DNA from: Patescibacteria group bacterium
Lineage (GTDB): Bacteria; Patescibacteriota; Patescibacteriia; 2-01-FULL-39-33
Reading direction: 5' to 3'
Assembly: GCA_041649575.1 (NCBI GenBank)
Contig: JBAZMW010000001.1
Span: 30,001 to 62,000 of the forward strand
Length of the DNA: 32,000 bases
Shown here: one piece after another, positions 30,360 through 32,000 of the stretch
Layout of the letters: each line of letters begins with the position of its first letter
Numbering within the stretch: the stretch's first letter is position 1
Notes under the pieces: model-generated
Seen by the model: only the letters and a program-made list of their open reading frames with translations
What the model was told of the DNA's origin: nothing
Database searches by the model: none
Program-made: the position numbers and the translations under genes

Positions 30360-31829
30360 ATGGATTCTAGTTTACAAAAATTCAATCAGTTGCCGGTTTT
30401 CGTCAAAGAAAAATTGTCAGCGCTAGCCGTTTTGAAGGCGGTGGAAGAATTGGAAAAAAAATACCGGATAAAACTGGCTTTATCGCTTATAAAAATGGCG
30501 GTGGGCGATTTGACCATAGCCGATTTTAGCAGTTATTTGACTAATGTTTCAAAACTAGAGGCCGGTTCGGTCAGAGAAATTAGCCAAAAATTCAAAGAAT
30601 TTTTGGCTGAAGCGGGGTTAAGAGTCAGCGAAGTTGAAAGGGAAGCCGCTCTTGGCCGGCCAGCCAGGGAAGCAGTGTTTGCTTTTTCCACTGAGGACGA
30701 ACATGAGGTTGATAATTTCAGACAATTGGCCGATAGCGGAGAAAAAATTCACGATCATGATTATTTGGCCGGCGTAGTTATATCGCGGTTTGGCTTTTTG
30801 GAAACCGATGAAGTCATAAAAAAAAGATTGCATAATATCGTGACAGCCCGGTTAAGAGATATAAGAGACGATTTGGAAACCCTGGAGAGTCTGCAAAAAA
30901 GTCGTAAAATCGGAGGTTTGGGTTTTACCGAGGAACAGAGCCGTCGCCTGCTGGGCTTGATAAAAAATGGCATAAGTGGCCAATGGCCGAAAAATTCGCC
31001 AAACGTCAAAGAGCCGGAGACTTCGGGGCGTGAACCCAGTGCTTCAGTGGCGGCTTCGTCAAAAGCGGAATTAGAAAAAAAAGTTTTGACTTTGCAAGAA
31101 AAGAAAAAGCAGGAAGAGACTTCGGTCGGTGCCGGAGACTATCCGAAGGTCAGAGATTCTTTGGCCGCCAAAGCGCTGGATTTATTGACGGATAAACGGC
31201 CAATCTCTCAAAGAGGGGGCAGGCCGCGAATTGAAGAAGAAGACGGATTGCCGGTGGTAGTTTTGCCGGAGGAAGAGGAATTAATGATTAAGCCGCTAGT
31301 GATTGATTTACAAAAAAAACCTCGAGGCAAGGTAGAAATTAAAGAGCCGCAGTTACCGCCAAAAGCGTCGGAAAATATCAAAGCTTTCAGACCGCTGGGG
31401 CCTCAACCCAGCCCCTTTGCCAGTCCGCGGCCGGTGGTTAAAAAGGTTTTTAAAACCAGTCTTAGCAGTCGGCCGAATTTGGACGATGTAAAATTTGCTC
31501 CCAAGTTGATGGGGCCGGTAGAAGAGCTGGAGAGCATGACTCTCATTGATTTTCGTCGTTTAGGCCAGGAGCCGAAAGAAATCGCTCGCAAAATCAAAGA
31601 AAAAATCGATTTGCTAGAAAACGAATCTTATAGCAAAAAACTTGAAGGAGTCGAGGCCTGGCAGAAAAACGAGGTCAACAGGTTTTATCGTCTTTTGGGT
31701 CAGGCCAGTCTGGCGGCGGGGCAGGGCATTGAAGAGATAATCAGCGAGCGGCTGGCCAGCGGCAAGCCGACTCTGACTGTCGAGGAATTCGAATCGGTGA
31801 TGGAGCTTAACAAAGATTTGCGTTTCTAA
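30360..31829 (+). CDS. Hypothetical protein (489 aa): N-terminal domain paralogous to ORF 29396, charged/Pro-rich middle, conserved-looking C-terminal domain
   Basis: ORF track. LQKFNQLPVFVKEKL...LEKKYRIKLALSLIKMAVGDLTIADFSSYL aligns with the preceding ORF. The C-terminus is ...LIDFRRLGQEPKEIARKIKEKIDLLENESYSKK...TLTVEEFESVMELNKDLRF. Confidence 0.6.
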   Translation: MDSSLQKFNQLPVFVKEKLSALAVLKAVEELEKKYRIKLALSLIKMAVGDLTIADFSSYLTNVSKLEAGSVREISQKFKEFLAEAGLRVSEVEREAALGRPAREAVFAFSTEDEHEVDNFRQLADSGEKIHDHDYLAGVVISRFGFLETDEVIKKRLHNIVTARLRDIRDDLETLESLQKSRKIGGLGFTEEQSRRLLGLIKNGISGQWPKNSPNVKEPETSGREPSASVAASSKAELEKKVLTLQEKKKQEETSVGAGDYPKVRDSLAAKALDLLTDKRPISQRGGRPRIEEEDGLPVVVLPEEEELMIKPLVIDLQKKPRGKVEIKEPQLPPKASENIKAFRPLGPQPSPFASPRPVVKKVFKTSLSSRPNLDDVKFAPKLMGPVEELESMTLIDFRRLGQEPKEIARKIKEKIDLLENESYSKKLEGVEAWQKNEVNRFYRLLGQASLAAGQGIEEIISERLASGKPTLTVEEFESVMELNKDLRF

Positions 31830-31862
31830 TAATTAATTTTTTTGTTAAGATAAGTATAAGCC

Positions 31863-32000
31863 ATGGAACAAATAGTAGTACCACAATTTTTAGACGTCGA
31901 AGACAAGATTATCGGTCCGATAACCGTGCGTCAGTTTATCGAAATGATGATTGGCGGTTTGCTTTGCTTCATCTTTTATAAACTGTTTGATTTTTCACTT
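31863..32000 (+). CDS. PrgI-family (VirB3-like) small T4SS membrane protein, truncated by the window edge (first 46 codons)
   Basis: Not in the ORF track because no stop lies in the window. The ATG at 31863 gives, by hand translation, MEQIVVPQFLDVEDKIIGPITVRQFIEMMIGGLLCFIFYKLFDFSL. The pattern VP..ld.EDKi.GP.T.RQF followed by a TM helix is how I remember PrgI-family N-termini. Confidence 0.6.
   Translation, partial: MEQIVVPQFLDVEDKIIGPITVRQFIEMMIGGLLCFIFYKLFDFSL

Noticed and set aside
1-32000. Search by eye for CRISPR arrays, tRNA/rRNA genes, transposases, integrases, toxin-antitoxin pairs or known defence genes
   Set aside because: No regularly spaced direct repeats are present. No intergenic region is long enough or has the motifs of a structured RNA gene. 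No recombinase-like ORFs are present. The stand-alone 84-aa GIY-YIG gene is a common small family member with no partner genes that would suggest a defence system.

Overview
This is a 32-kb, very gene-dense bacterial chromosomal segment, roughly 97% coding by my coordinates. Several traits suggest a Patescibacteria/CPR-type organism, but this is inference only: A/T-ending codons, extended -10 'TGnTATAAT' promoters, almost no Shine-Dalgarno sequences, a FemAB cell-wall gene, a PrgI-like gene, a giant Cys-rich surface protein and many lineage-specific hypotheticals. The left ~13.5 kb holds a partial AstE/AspA-family hydrolase (-) and leuS (+), which carries an apparently intact alpha/beta serine-hydrolase domain nested in its second CxxC...CxxC zinc knuckle. 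Next comes a 1.6-kb two-gene island (-) with high GC, foreign codon usage and strong SD sites. It encodes a membrane-anchored protein and an outer-membrane-beta-barrel-like protein. After it come a TrmB-family regulator, lemA-TPM-small ORF, and a GIY-YIG / FemAB / MFS / DUF1624 / rsmA(ksgA) operon. The FemAB gene in that operon contains an exactly in-frame 141-bp palindromic (MITE/RPE-like) insertion. The right ~18.5 kb is one co-directional operon: a TSP3-repeat membrane protein, a 3,865-aa secreted Cys-rich protein with four CBM4_9-like modules, a VirB6/TrbL-like polytopic protein with a ~670-aa extension, two paralogous unknown proteins, and a PrgI (VirB3-like) ORF cut by the window edge. 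This T4SS-like plus giant-surface-protein locus is my best candidate for an undescribed system. The LeuRS-nested hydrolase, the foreign OMP-like island and the in-frame palindromic element are independent oddities. I recognised no rRNA, tRNA, CRISPR array, transposase or integrase. All family assignments come from motif recognition by eye; no searches were run.
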